The notes: generated by a model from the sequence alone, not told the origin. A DNA stretch of 64,000 bases from Candidatus Aminicenantes bacterium (GCA_963813235.1 CAWEYF010000012.1:4170-68169); one strand, 5' to 3'. Numbered from the stretch's first letter, positions 36,352-45,316 are shown. Numbers and translations are program-made.

Positions 36352-37303
36352 AGGTCAACCATTTTTCATACTTCGGGTCCCCGCCCCTGACGATGTTCCC
36401 GTAGGCTTCCATGAGCCGGAGCGTGAACGGGCCCGGTTTTCCGGAGCCGATGACGTGCTCGGTCCTCGGAGCCTTCGGGTCCGAGCCGTCGGCGACAAGG
36501 ATGACCGGCGTAATCTCGACCGCCGTTCCGGAGAAGAAGGCCTCGTCGGCTCCAAAGAGGTCCGCCTTCGTGATCGGACCGACTCCGGTCGAGTACCCGA
36601 GATCGCGGGCGATCTCGAGGAGGCTCGTCCGGGTGATCCCTTCGAGGATCGACTCCGTACGGTCGTTTGTCCGGACGACACCGCCCTTGACGATCAAGAG
36701 GTTCTCCCCGGGGCCTTCGGCGACGTTTCCCTCGAGGTTGAGGAACAGGGCCTCGTCATAGCCCTCGGCCCTCGCCTCCAGCCCGTAGATCGTCGATTGG
36801 ACATAGACCCCTCCGAGCTTGGCTTTCATGTCCAGCTGGCTGTGGTGGAGGCGCCTTTTAGGAAGGATGCAGGTGGAGACGCCCTTTTCGGCCTTTTCCC
36901 CGAGATACGCGCCCCACTCCCAGGCCCCGACGAGGAGTTCGACGGGGCAGGCCTTGGGGACCAGGCCCAGGTTGCCGTAGGCATAGAACATCAACGGGCG
37001 GATGTAGGCGCTGTCGAGGCCGTTCTCCCGGACGACGAGGAGGACCGTTTCGATGGTCTCGTCCCGCGTGTAGGGGGGCTTCATCTTGAGGACCGAGGCG
37101 GAGTGGAAGAACCGGTCGATGTGCTCCGGAAGGCGGAAGACGGCCGGCCCCCGGGGTGTCTTGTAAGCCCGGATGCCTTCGAACGTCGATGTGCCGTAGT
37201 GGAGGGCGTGGCTCATCGGGTGGAAAACGGCTTCCGACCAGTCGTGGAAGACCCCCATGTGCCAGTATTTCTTCGCGCCGGGAAAGTTCGTGTTAGGGAA
37301 CAT
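36341..37303 (-). CDS. ilvE: Branched-chain amino acid aminotransferase (class IV)
   Basis: 320-aa ORF. Motifs: HALHYGTSTFEGIRAY, AYIRP, KAKLGGVYVQS, EGPGENLLIVKGG, TPVILVADG. It overlaps trmO by 11 nt. Confidence 0.9.
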   Translation of the reverse strand: MFPNTNFPGAKKYWHMGVFHDWSEAVFHPMSHALHYGTSTFEGIRAYKTPRGPAVFRLPEHIDRFFHSASVLKMKPPYTRDETIETVLLVVRENGLDSAYIRPLMFYAYGNLGLVPKACPVELLVGAWEWGAYLGEKAEKGVSTCILPKRRLHHSQLDMKAKLGGVYVQSTIYGLEARAEGYDEALFLNLEGNVAEGPGENLLIVKGGVVRTNDRTESILEGITRTSLLEIARDLGYSTGVGPITKADLFGADEAFFSGTAVEITPVILVADGSDPKAPRTEHVIGSGKPGPFTLRLMEAYGNIVRGGDPKYEKWLTYVR

Positions 37304-37484
37304 GCCGGACTCCTTGGACCGAAAAGTTTCTGGGACCTTGACTGCGCGATCCCCCCTTGGGAGTCGTCGGTTGCGTCGCGGTTAAAAAGAAGGCACTCTC
37401 TCCGTGAAGGCCCATGTTAGCACATATTGGGTCCGGAAAGCGAGAGGCGTGGGGACGCTAGGGGGCGCCTCCACACGACCCTGA

Positions 37485-37530
37485 GTGCGGCGACGAAGGC
37501 CGCCCTTGCTGATCTCTTCGGCGGCCTCGG
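37485..37530 (+). repeat. Short member of the GTGCGGCGA..GGCCGCCC repeat family
   Basis: GTGCGGCGACGAAGGCCGCCCttgctgatctcttcGGCGGCCTCGG. It shares the core with copies at 11458, 34755 and 57287 and forms its own AGGCCGCC/GGCGGCCT hairpin. Confidence 0.4.
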
Positions 37531-37817
37531 AACTCGCGAATTTGTACGACGCATGACTTCCGCTCATGCCCAAAAGCGACTGCGTCCCCAGATCTCCGTA
37601 CCGGGGGGCTCAGACCGCCTACGAGCCCGAATCTCCTTCACCTCCGATAATGAAACCTGGGCTTAACCTCCACGTTCGCTCAGTCCGCCCCATCCGGCCC
37701 CCCAGCCTGCAGGCGGAGAATTAGGCCGGAATGCGTTATCGGGCTCGTAGTAGGCTTTTCCCGGCATGGCTCACGCTCATGATGCGCCCGGCCGAGACAA
37801 GGCAGGACAGCGCTTCA

Positions 37818-38681
37818 TCAACCCGAAGGCGGATCGCGACCGAGGGAGGCGGCGATATCCGGCGCGGTGACGGGTCGGCGGCGGACCATGGCCAGGATGG
37901 CCCTCTCGAGCCCCGCGCGGGATGGGGCCCCGGTCTTCTTCGCGAAGGCGACCGCTATCTCGCACGTCGGGCCGAAGGCCTTGCATATCGCCGTCATCCG
38001 GGCCTCGGTCAGCGGGCGGGCCGCCCTTTCGGCCGGCGGGCGGACGACCGTATTGAGCTGGACCTTGTCGGCGCCGATCGCGTCGGTGATCTTCCTGAGC
38101 TTCCGGACGTGGGCCGGCGAATCGTTGACGCCCGCGACAAGCATGACCTCGAGCCATATCTCCCCTTTGAACTCCCGACGCAACGCCGACAGCCCTTCGA
38201 GCATCCGGTCCAGCCGAAGGGCCTTGTCGGGCCGGTTGACCCGGGAAAAGAGGCCGGGCGTCGCGGCGTCGAGGTTCGGGACGACGACATCGGCCTCCCG
38301 CAGGTCGCGGCGGACATCCCTCCGGTGGAGGAGGGTCCCGTTGGTGAGCACCACGACGGGAATATCCGTCATCTTCTTGATGCCCCGGATGATTTCCCCG
38401 AGCGACCTGTTGAGCGTCGGTTCTCCTGATCCGGAGAACGTGATGTGGTCGATGCGCGCTCCCGACGCGACGGCCCTCCGGACCTGTCCGAGGACGGCCA
38501 TCGGGTCGAAAAAGACCCGCCTCCGGACCGTCGTCCGGGAGGACCGCCCGAGCTGGCAATAGACGCAGTCGAGGGTGCAGGTCTTGAAGGGAAGGATGTC
38601 CACGCCGAGGGAGAACCCGAGCCTGCGCGAGGGGACGGGGCCGTAGACGAAGCCCGGTTCCGCCTTCCCGTCCGGGGACAT
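37818..38681 (-). CDS. Radical SAM protein
   Basis: The start [28 protein letters not shown] overlaps the upstream stop by 1 nt (TGATG). CTLDCVYCQ is a CxxxCxxC cluster motif. SGSGEPTL is present. The longer track ORF (to 38876) is an out-of-context extension. Confidence 0.8.
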   Translation of the reverse strand: MSPDGKAEPGFVYGPVPSRRLGFSLGVDILPFKTCTLDCVYCQLGRSSRTTVRRRVFFDPMAVLGQVRRAVASGARIDHITFSGSGEPTLNRSLGEIIRGIKKMTDIPVVVLTNGTLLHRRDVRRDLREADVVVPNLDAATPGLFSRVNRPDKALRLDRMLEGLSALRREFKGEIWLEVMLVAGVNDSPAHVRKLRKITDAIGADKVQLNTVVRPPAERAARPLTEARMTAICKAFGPTCEIAVAFAKKTGAPSRAGLERAILAMVRRRPVTAPDIAASLGRDPPSG

Positions 38682-38884
38682 CAGGCCTTGTCCTTGTAGA
38701 TCTGAATGAAGGCCCGCAGGGAGCGGTCGTAGGTCTTCTCGGCGGCGTCGGGGAACAGGCAGGCGGGGAGCTCCTTGTGGCCCCAGTGATAGGCGATGCA
38801 CTCGCAACAGACGCCCTTGCGACCGCACGGTTCCCAGCTGCAGTTGCACTTCACGGCGTTCCGTTCGCTCCGGCACTCGCTCAT
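38681..38884 (-). CDS. Small Cys-rich protein (DUF6485-like)
   Basis: 67 aa: [43 protein letters not shown]. This matches my recollection of DUF6485 proteins. It is translationally coupled to the radical SAM gene. Confidence 0.55.
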   Translation of the reverse strand: MSECRSERNAVKCNCSWEPCGRKGVCCECIAYHWGHKELPACLFPDAAEKTYDRSLRAFIQIYKDKA

Positions 38885-38960
38885 CGTATCCTCCGCGGGG
38901 TGTTTGTCTTGCGCCGGCGTTTACGGTATCATAATCCGGCGCGACGCGAAAGAGGTTCCC

Positions 38961-39371
38961 ATGTCAGGATACACCGACAAAGAGGCGAAGGCCGGGCTGA
39001 AGGCCAAATTGCCGCGGATCGAAACCTTCGCCAACCAGTTCCCCGGCTACGAGATCCGGATCGAGATCCCCGAGTTCACTTCTGTTTGCCCCAAGACCGG
39101 CCTGCCGGATTTCGGGACGCTGACGATCGTTTACGAGCCAAAGGCCCGCGTCCTGGAGCTCAAGTCCCTGAAGGAGTACGCCCTGGCCTACCGCAACCTG
39201 GGCATCTTCTACGAGAACGTCGTCAACCGCGTCCTCGAGGATGTCGTCGCGGCGTGCCGGCCCGTCCGGGCGACCGTGAAGGGCGAGTTCAATCCGAGGG
39301 GAGGGCTCCGGTCCACGGTCGAGGCCCGCCACCCGCGCCCGGAGAAGCGTCGCCGCCGCACCCGCGGCTGA
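38961..39371 (+). CDS. queF: NADPH-dependent 7-cyano-7-deazaguanine reductase (type I QueF)
   Basis: EFTSVCPKTGLPDFGTLTIVY with the catalytic Cys, plus the QueF motif ELKSLKEYALAY. The ATG is at 38961. Confidence 0.9.
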   Translation: MSGYTDKEAKAGLKAKLPRIETFANQFPGYEIRIEIPEFTSVCPKTGLPDFGTLTIVYEPKARVLELKSLKEYALAYRNLGIFYENVVNRVLEDVVAACRPVRATVKGEFNPRGGLRSTVEARHPRPEKRRRRTRG

Positions 39372-39382
39372 GAACGCCCGAG

Positions 39383-40336
39383 ATGGATTTGTCCGAAGGG
39401 CGGAACGCCGTCGCCCCGACCGATGCGAACGGCGGCCGGTTCGGGACGACCGACGCCGCCATGCTTCTGGCGACCCTGATTTGGGCCGTCAATTTCTCGG
39501 TGGTCAAGTACGGCATCCGCGTCCTCCCCCCGCACGGATTCAACGGCGTCCGGATGACGTTCGCCTCGCTCGTTTACCTGTGCGTCTGGGCGCTCTTACG
39601 GGACGGGTTCTCCCTCCGCAGGGGCGACCTCTGGAAGGCCGCCGGGCTGGGCCTCCTGGGGACGACGGGCTACCAGTTCCTCTTCATCCAAGGGCTCCGG
39701 GCGACGACGGCCTCGACGACCTCGATGATCGCCCCGATGACGCCCGTGTTCATCGCCATGCTCAGCCATTTCCTCGGCTCCGAGCGCATCCATTGGGCCG
39801 CGTGGGTCGGTATCGCCGTCTCCTTCACGGGCTTTTACCTCCTCCTGACCGGGCAGGCCGGCCCCTTGACCCTGAACTCGGCCACGGTCCGGGCCAATCT
39901 GCTCGTGCTGGGGGCCAATCTGATGTGGGCCCTGTACACGGTGTTCTCCAGGCCCCTCCTGGCCCGGATCCCGCCGCTGAGGCTGGCCGTCCTGACGACG
40001 TCGTTCGGCACGCTGTTCTATCTGCCCTTCGCGGCCGGCGGGATCGCCGACATCCGCATCGACGATATCCCGGCCCCGGCCTGGGGAGCGATCGTTTATG
40101 CCGGCGTCTTTGCGATCGTCGTCGGTTACGCCATCTATTACAGCTCGGTCCGCAAGGTCGGCAACACGAAGACCGGCATCTACAGCAACCTCAACCCGGT
40201 CTTCGCCACGGTCTTCGCCGTCCTCGCATTCGGGGAGAGGGTCACGCCCCTGCAGGTGGGCGGCGGCCTCGTGATCTTCCTGGGCGTGTACCTGACCCGG
40301 TCGGGGTACCGGTACTTCAAGAAGGTCCGAGGTTAA
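39383..40336 (+). CDS. EamA/DMT-family transporter
   Basis: About 317-aa polytopic ORF with two EamA-like halves (LLATLIWAVNFSVVK...; LGANLMWALYTVFSRPL...). The ATG at 39383 is 11 nt after the queF stop. Confidence 0.8.
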   Translation: MDLSEGRNAVAPTDANGGRFGTTDAAMLLATLIWAVNFSVVKYGIRVLPPHGFNGVRMTFASLVYLCVWALLRDGFSLRRGDLWKAAGLGLLGTTGYQFLFIQGLRATTASTTSMIAPMTPVFIAMLSHFLGSERIHWAAWVGIAVSFTGFYLLLTGQAGPLTLNSATVRANLLVLGANLMWALYTVFSRPLLARIPPLRLAVLTTSFGTLFYLPFAAGGIADIRIDDIPAPAWGAIVYAGVFAIVVGYAIYYSSVRKVGNTKTGIYSNLNPVFATVFAVLAFGERVTPLQVGGGLVIFLGVYLTRSGYRYFKKVRG

Positions 40337-40395
40337 GGCATGGGCCGCATTGAATTTTCCGGTCAATGCATATATAAGATGACATAGAGGGATCG

Positions 40396-41271
40396 ATGGT
40401 TTTCCTGGAGATCTTCAAGTCGCTCCGGCCCCAGCAGTGGATCAAGAACTTCTTCATCTTCGCCCCCATCCTCTTTTCCCGGCACTTCCTCGACCGGCCG
40501 CTCGTCCTGCGGACGGTAGCGGCGTTCGGCGCCTTCTGCCTCGTCTCGAGCGCCCACTACATCTTCAACGATATCCGCGACCTCGAGGAGGACCGGCTCC
40601 ATCCTGTCAAGTCGAAGCGTCCCCTGGCCTCCGGACGGCTTAAGAAGGGACCGGCCGTTGCGGCGATGATCGTCCTGGCCGCCGTCGGGCTCGGCTTGGC
40701 GGCCGCCCTGAACATGCCCTTCTTCTACGTTTCCCTCGGCTACCTCGTCCTGCAGGTCCTGTATTCCCTCCGGCTCAAGCACGTCGTCATCCTGGATATC
40801 TTCGTGGTCGCGGCCGGGTTCGTCATCCGGGTCGTGGCAGGCGGCCTGGTCATCGGCGTCTCGATCTCCTCGTGGCTCCTCATCTGCACGATGCTTCTGG
40901 CCCTGTTCCTGTCCATGAGCAAGCGCCGCCACGAGCTCGTCCTCCTCGAGGGCGACGCCGGGAGCCACCGGCCCATCCTTCGGGAATACTCGACCTACCT
41001 CCTCGACCAGATGATCTCCGTCGTGACGGCCTCGACCCTCGTCGCCTACTGCCTGTACACGATCTCCGAGGAGACCGTGACCAAGTTCGGGACGAAGAAC
41101 CTCATCCTGACCGTGCCCTTCGTCCTCTACGGCATCTTCCGCTACCTTTACCTCATCCATCAGAAGGACGAAGGCGGTTCTCCCGAGCACATCATCCTCA
41201 AGGACAAGCCCCTCCTCATCGACATCTTCCTCTGGATCGTCGCGGCGCTCCTGATCCTGGGCCTGAGGTGA
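40396..41271 (+). CDS. UbiA-family prenyl/phosphoribosyl transferase (decaprenyl-phosphate phosphoribosyltransferase-like)
   Basis: 291-aa polytopic ORF. LRPQQWIKNFFIFAPILFS and YIFNDIRDLEEDRLHP (NDxxDxxxD) resemble DPPR synthase-type UbiA members. Confidence 0.8.
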   Translation: MVFLEIFKSLRPQQWIKNFFIFAPILFSRHFLDRPLVLRTVAAFGAFCLVSSAHYIFNDIRDLEEDRLHPVKSKRPLASGRLKKGPAVAAMIVLAAVGLGLAAALNMPFFYVSLGYLVLQVLYSLRLKHVVILDIFVVAAGFVIRVVAGGLVIGVSISSWLLICTMLLALFLSMSKRRHELVLLEGDAGSHRPILREYSTYLLDQMISVVTASTLVAYCLYTISEETVTKFGTKNLILTVPFVLYGIFRYLYLIHQKDEGGSPEHIILKDKPLLIDIFLWIVAALLILGLR

Positions 41272-41276
41272 GCGGA

Positions 41277-42354
41277 ATGAGCCGGTCCCGCGTCGCCGTC
41301 CTGAGGACCTCCCCGGCGACCGTCCTCGACGATTACGGGAAGCTCATGCGCTTGGCCGACTACGCAAGCTTCCTTCCCAAGGACAACGCGACGCTCCTCA
41401 AGCTCAACCTGTCCTGGACCAAGTACTTCCCGGCCTGTTCGAGCGAGCCCTGGCAGGTCGACGGCGTCATCAAGACCCTGCTCGAGGACGGCTACGCCCG
41501 CGAGCGGCTCCTCCCCGTCGAGAATAAAACCGTGGTCACCAACCCGCAAAAAGGCGCCCGGAACAATCGCTGGCTCCCGGTCCTCGAGAGATACGGCCTG
41601 AAGTTCACGCCGCTCCCCGAGGTCGAATGGGAGGTCCGCGAGTTCCGGAGCCCGCTCCTCAAGCTCAACGAGATCTTCCCCGAGGGCATCCTCGTCCCGA
41701 AGATATACGCCGGGAAGAACATCCTCCACCTGCCCACGGTCAAGACGCACGGCCATTCGGTCACGACGGGCGCGGTCAAGAACGCCTTCGGCGGGTTGCT
41801 CAAGGAGGTCCGTCACTACGCGCATAAATACATTCACGAGGTCCTCGTCGACCTCCTCTATATGCAGAAGGAGCTTCACCCCGGCCTCTTCTGCGTCGAT
41901 GGACGGCACCGTCTGCGGCGACGGCGCGGGGCCCCGGACCATGCATCCCGTGACCGGGAACATCATCCTCGCGAGCGGGGATTCCGTGGCCGTCGACGCC
42001 GTTGCGGCGAAGATCATGGGCTTCAAGCCGCTGGACATCCCCTACATCCGGATGGCCCACGAGAGGGGGTTGGGTGTCGGCGACCTCCGCGAGATCGAGA
42101 TCGCGGGCGACGATGTCGCGGACCTGAACCTCGGCTTCAAGACGCGCCGCAGCCTGGTCATCTGGGGCGACCAGATGATCCGCAAGGGCTTCCTGCGCCC
42201 CTTCGAAAGGGTCCTCCTTCATTCGCCCCTCGTGTTTTGGGCCCCGTTCGCCTCGAACGTCTATCACGACGTGATGTGGTACCCCACCATCGGTAAGCAT
42301 CGGGTCCGGAAATTCATGAAGACCGAGTGGGGCCGGCTTTTCAGGAAGTCCTAG
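41277..42354 (+). pseudogene. DUF362 domain protein, frame interrupted once
   Basis: The frame switches near 41890-41900 (...ELHPGLF | VMDGTVCGDGAGPR...). KTHGHSVTTGAVKNAFG and DSVAVDAVAAKIMGF are DUF362-type segments. Confidence 0.7.
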
Positions 42355-43496
42355 CCCCTCACCGACATGGGCCGCGGGGCACCTTGCTTTTTCGCATCCC
42401 CGAGCGCGCGCGAAATGTTCTCGAGCCCGGCGCGCAGTTCCTCGGGGGATGGCCAGCCGAAGCCGATCCGCATGAAACGGCGGTCCATCTCGAACCAATG
42501 GCCGGGGCCCACGAACGTCCCGTATCTTTCGTTCAGCGTTCTATAGAACAGGTCCACGTCGACGCCCGAATCCTCTTTGATGCGCGGAAAGCAGACGACG
42601 CCGCCCCGCGGCTCCACCCACTCGAGCTCTGGCTGTCGGGAGATCCATTCCTTGAGGGTCCCGAACGCCGTTCCGATCTTCCGCCTCATCGCCGGGAGGA
42701 ACTGCTCCCTGCGCCGCATGAGACGATCCGCAAGTCCCTCGTCAACGACCGACCCGCAGAGGAAGATCTGCTCTTTGGCGGCCAGGAACAGCTCCTGCAG
42801 GTCCTTGTCCGTCGTGATGACCCAGCCGATGCGAACGCCGGGCATGCCGTAGGATTTCGAGAGGGAGGCGACGCTGATCGCGCACGGGCTCAGCGAGGCC
42901 GCGAGAGGCAACGGCTCGCCGAACGTCATCTCGCGATAAGTCTCGTCCAGGAGGAGCCGGCAACCCGCCTTTTCGGCGACGGCAATGAGGCGGCGCAGCT
43001 CTTCGGGACCGAGCACGGTGCCAGTGGGATTGTGCGGGCAGGTGAAGCTGATGAGCTTCGTTTCGCCCGGGCGGACGAGCTCTTCGAGCCGGTCCATATT
43101 CACGCGGAATCCTTCCTCGAAGCGCAGGTCGAGGAGGTCCACCTCGCAGCCGATGGCCCGCGGGGTCTCGACGTTCGTCGAATAGTTGGGATGCGCCACG
43201 ATCATGTGGCTGCCCTTTTCGAGCAGGGAGGTCGCGACGATGAACAGGGCCGCCGCCGCGCCCGGGGTGACGAGGACGTCGCCCGCGCCCAGGCCTTCGC
43301 CGTCCGCCGCCAGCGCCTCGCGCAGCTCGGGCCGGCCCGCGTGATCTCCGTAGGCGAGCACGAGCCCGTTCAGGTCCGCGCCGAGGTCCCTCACCGGCAT
43401 ATCGCTCATCGAGCTCTCCGTGAGGTTGAACCTGATATTGCCGGTGCCCACCTGCTCCGGCGATTCGATCTCGATCGGCATCCTTCGGTATTTCAT
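42351..43496 (-). CDS. PLP-dependent aminotransferase, class I/II
   Basis: 381-aa ORF. Motifs: HPNYSTN, CPHNPTG, SLSKSYGMPGVRIGW (PLP lysine context). There is an 18-nt gap downstream of queE. Confidence 0.85.
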   Translation of the reverse strand: MKYRRMPIEIESPEQVGTGNIRFNLTESSMSDMPVRDLGADLNGLVLAYGDHAGRPELREALAADGEGLGAGDVLVTPGAAAALFIVATSLLEKGSHMIVAHPNYSTNVETPRAIGCEVDLLDLRFEEGFRVNMDRLEELVRPGETKLISFTCPHNPTGTVLGPEELRRLIAVAEKAGCRLLLDETYREMTFGEPLPLAASLSPCAISVASLSKSYGMPGVRIGWVITTDKDLQELFLAAKEQIFLCGSVVDEGLADRLMRRREQFLPAMRRKIGTAFGTLKEWISRQPELEWVEPRGGVVCFPRIKEDSGVDVDLFYRTLNERYGTFVGPGHWFEMDRRFMRIGFGWPSPEELRAGLENISRALGDAKKQGAPRPMSVRG

Positions 43497-43514
43497 CGCG
43501 TTCGTGTCTCTTCC

Positions 43515-44144
43515 TTACCTTATCTGGAGAACCTTGTGAAGCTGAACGGACAGGCGGATGTTCGCAAGGCCGTCCTTGAGGCATCGCTCGAGGATGCCCA
43601 TGGCCCTTTTGGCGCTGGCCTGACGGTTCGACTCGGGTTGAAGGATGACGGGCGTCTCTTTCGGGAATTCTTTCCGCAGCCGCTGGACGACCTCGTAGGT
43701 CAGCTCCCGGCTGGCGACGAGCTTGACCTCTTTTGCCGCCTTCCGAAAGCGCATCTGATAGAAATAGTCCTCGGGCTTGGGCGAGACCGTATACCAATCC
43801 ACCGGGAGCAGGCGATCGACTGTCCCGTTGGTTTCGACCTGGACCTTAAGGCCCTCCTTCCTCAGGTCGCGGACGAGCCCGGAGATATCCTGGAGGAGGG
43901 GTTCGCCGCCGGTCAGGCAGACCCAGGCGGCGGGGAAGTCGAGGCGGATCTTCCTAACCTCGGCTCCTACGGAATCGCGCGTCCGCATCTCGCCGCCCGT
44001 CCGGGCGTACTTCGTGTCGCAGAACGAACAACGGAGGTTACAGCCCGCGAGGCGTACGAATATGGTCGGTTCGCCCTGGCGGAGGCCCTCGCCCTGGACG
44101 GACGGAAAGACCTCAGTGATCCTCAGTGTAGGTCGCGGAAGCAT
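43515..44144 (-). CDS. queE: 7-carboxy-7-deazaguanine synthase (radical SAM)
   Basis: EVFPSVQGEGLRQGEPTIFVRLAGCNLRCSFCDTKY are QueE N-terminal motifs. Confidence 0.9.
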   Translation of the reverse strand: MLPRPTLRITEVFPSVQGEGLRQGEPTIFVRLAGCNLRCSFCDTKYARTGGEMRTRDSVGAEVRKIRLDFPAAWVCLTGGEPLLQDISGLVRDLRKEGLKVQVETNGTVDRLLPVDWYTVSPKPEDYFYQMRFRKAAKEVKLVASRELTYEVVQRLRKEFPKETPVILQPESNRQASAKRAMGILERCLKDGLANIRLSVQLHKVLQIR

Positions 44145-44460
44145 CCTCGGATTCCCAAACGGTCACGGCCTTGACCGGGAAGAGTTTCTTGAGCTCGTCG
44201 TAGAAGTGGCGGGAGAGGTTCTCGGCCGTCGGGTTGAAGGCGTAGACCTCGTTGAGGTGCGTGTGGTCGGGGAGGACCTCGGCCAATGCCCGTTTGATCT
44301 CGGTGAAGTCGACGGCGATCCCGGTCCGGTCGAGCTCCGCCGCCTCGATGACGACCTCGACCTGGAACGTATGGCCGTGGACCTTCTCGCATTTGCCCTT
44401 GTATTCGCGTAGGAAGTGCGCGGCCTGAAACTTGTCCCTGACCTTCAGCGTCCAGCCCAT
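44113..44460 (-). CDS. queD: 6-carboxy-5,6,7,8-tetrahydropterin synthase
   Basis: Start MGWTLKVRDKFQAAHFL (ATG at 44460). CEKVHGHTFQVEV is the His triad context. The track ORF extends further upstream out of context. Confidence 0.9.
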   Translation of the reverse strand: MGWTLKVRDKFQAAHFLREYKGKCEKVHGHTFQVEVVIEAAELDRTGIAVDFTEIKRALAEVLPDHTHLNEVYAFNPTAENLSRHFYDELKKLFPVKAVTVWESEDASATYTEDH

Positions 44461-45152
44461 GGCTTTCCTCCCTTTCGAAGCCTCGCGACAAGCGGGTCCT
44501 CGCGGCCCGCTTCCTTCCAGGCCCGCGCCCGGAGCAGGCAGGACGAGCACGCGCCGCACGGCGCCTCGCCGCCCGAATAGCAGGACACGGAGTGGGCGTA
44601 ATCCGCGCCGAGGGCGAGCCCCTTCCGGATGATCTCCGATTTGCGGAGGCCCACGAACGGCGCGAGAATGCGCATCCGGGGCGCCCCGAAGGCGGCCCGT
44701 GTCCCCGCGTTGACGGCCTTGGCCATCGCCCGGACGAATTCGCGCCGCGTGTCCGGGTAGTTCGGCGAATCGAGGACGTTGAAGCCGCAGATCAGGTCTG
44801 TGATGCCCCGGGCTTCGGCCCAAGCCGCGGCGATCGCCAGCAGGATACCATTGCGGAACGGGACATAGGTCGGAGGCGTGCCCGCCTTGAACCTGCCAAG
44901 GCCCTTGTGTTTGGGAACGGCGATGGCGGCATCCGTTAGCGCCGAGCCCCCCACCTGACCCAGGTCGAGCCTGAGCACGACGGGCGCCAGGCCGAGCTTG
45001 CGTGCAGCCCGCTTCGCCATCCGGATCTCGACCCGATGCCTTTGTCCGTAATCGAACGTCAGCGGGTGGACCCGATCATATCGTTTCCTTGCCCAATACA
45101 GGGCGCTCGTAGAATCGATGCCTCCGGAGAACAGAACGACGCAGGATCTCAT
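44445..45152 (-). CDS. queC: 7-cyano-7-deazaguanine synthase
   Basis: VVLFSGGIDST (PP-loop), TFDYGQRH, and the C-terminal Cys cluster CGACSSC. Confidence 0.9.
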   Translation of the reverse strand: MRSCVVLFSGGIDSTSALYWARKRYDRVHPLTFDYGQRHRVEIRMAKRAARKLGLAPVVLRLDLGQVGGSALTDAAIAVPKHKGLGRFKAGTPPTYVPFRNGILLAIAAAWAEARGITDLICGFNVLDSPNYPDTRREFVRAMAKAVNAGTRAAFGAPRMRILAPFVGLRKSEIIRKGLALGADYAHSVSCYSGGEAPCGACSSCLLRARAWKEAGREDPLVARLRKGGKPWAGR

Positions 45153-45219
45153 GATCTCTGTATCCCATGATAGGACAGTGAATGGGCATTTACAATAACC
45201 TCTATCCCCTCCCGCGGAA

Positions 45220-45254
45220 GGATCGCCGCGCCCCTAGTCCTTCGAAGGCGAACC
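45220..45254. repeat. Collapsed/solo terminal-repeat remnant of the TIR family
   Basis: GGATCGCC-gcgcccct-AGTCCTTCGAAGGCGAACC. The right part matches the right TIR at 35231-35249 at 18 of 19 positions, and the left 8 nt match the left TIR start. Confidence 0.4.
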
Positions 45255-45267
45255 TGGGGCGGTTCTG

Positions 45268-45296
45268 TTGACAGCCCTCCCCCCGGATGCTATGGT
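45268..45296 (+). promoter_or_regulatory. Sigma70 promoter (TTGACA-17-TATGGT)
   Basis: TTGACA at 45268-45273, 17-nt spacer, TATGGT at 45291-45296, 20 nt upstream of the ATG at 45317. Confidence 0.5.
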
Positions 45297-45316
45297 TTTG
45301 ATTCCGGAACACGATC

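Noticed and set aside
45153-45316. A preQ1 riboswitch upstream of queC (and likewise upstream of queF at 38885-38960).
   Set aside because: I found no AGAGGUUC...CCCUC...AAAAAACUA-type class I signature or recognisable class II/III features. The region is occupied by a repeat remnant and a promoter on the other strand. This was not tested with a covariance model.
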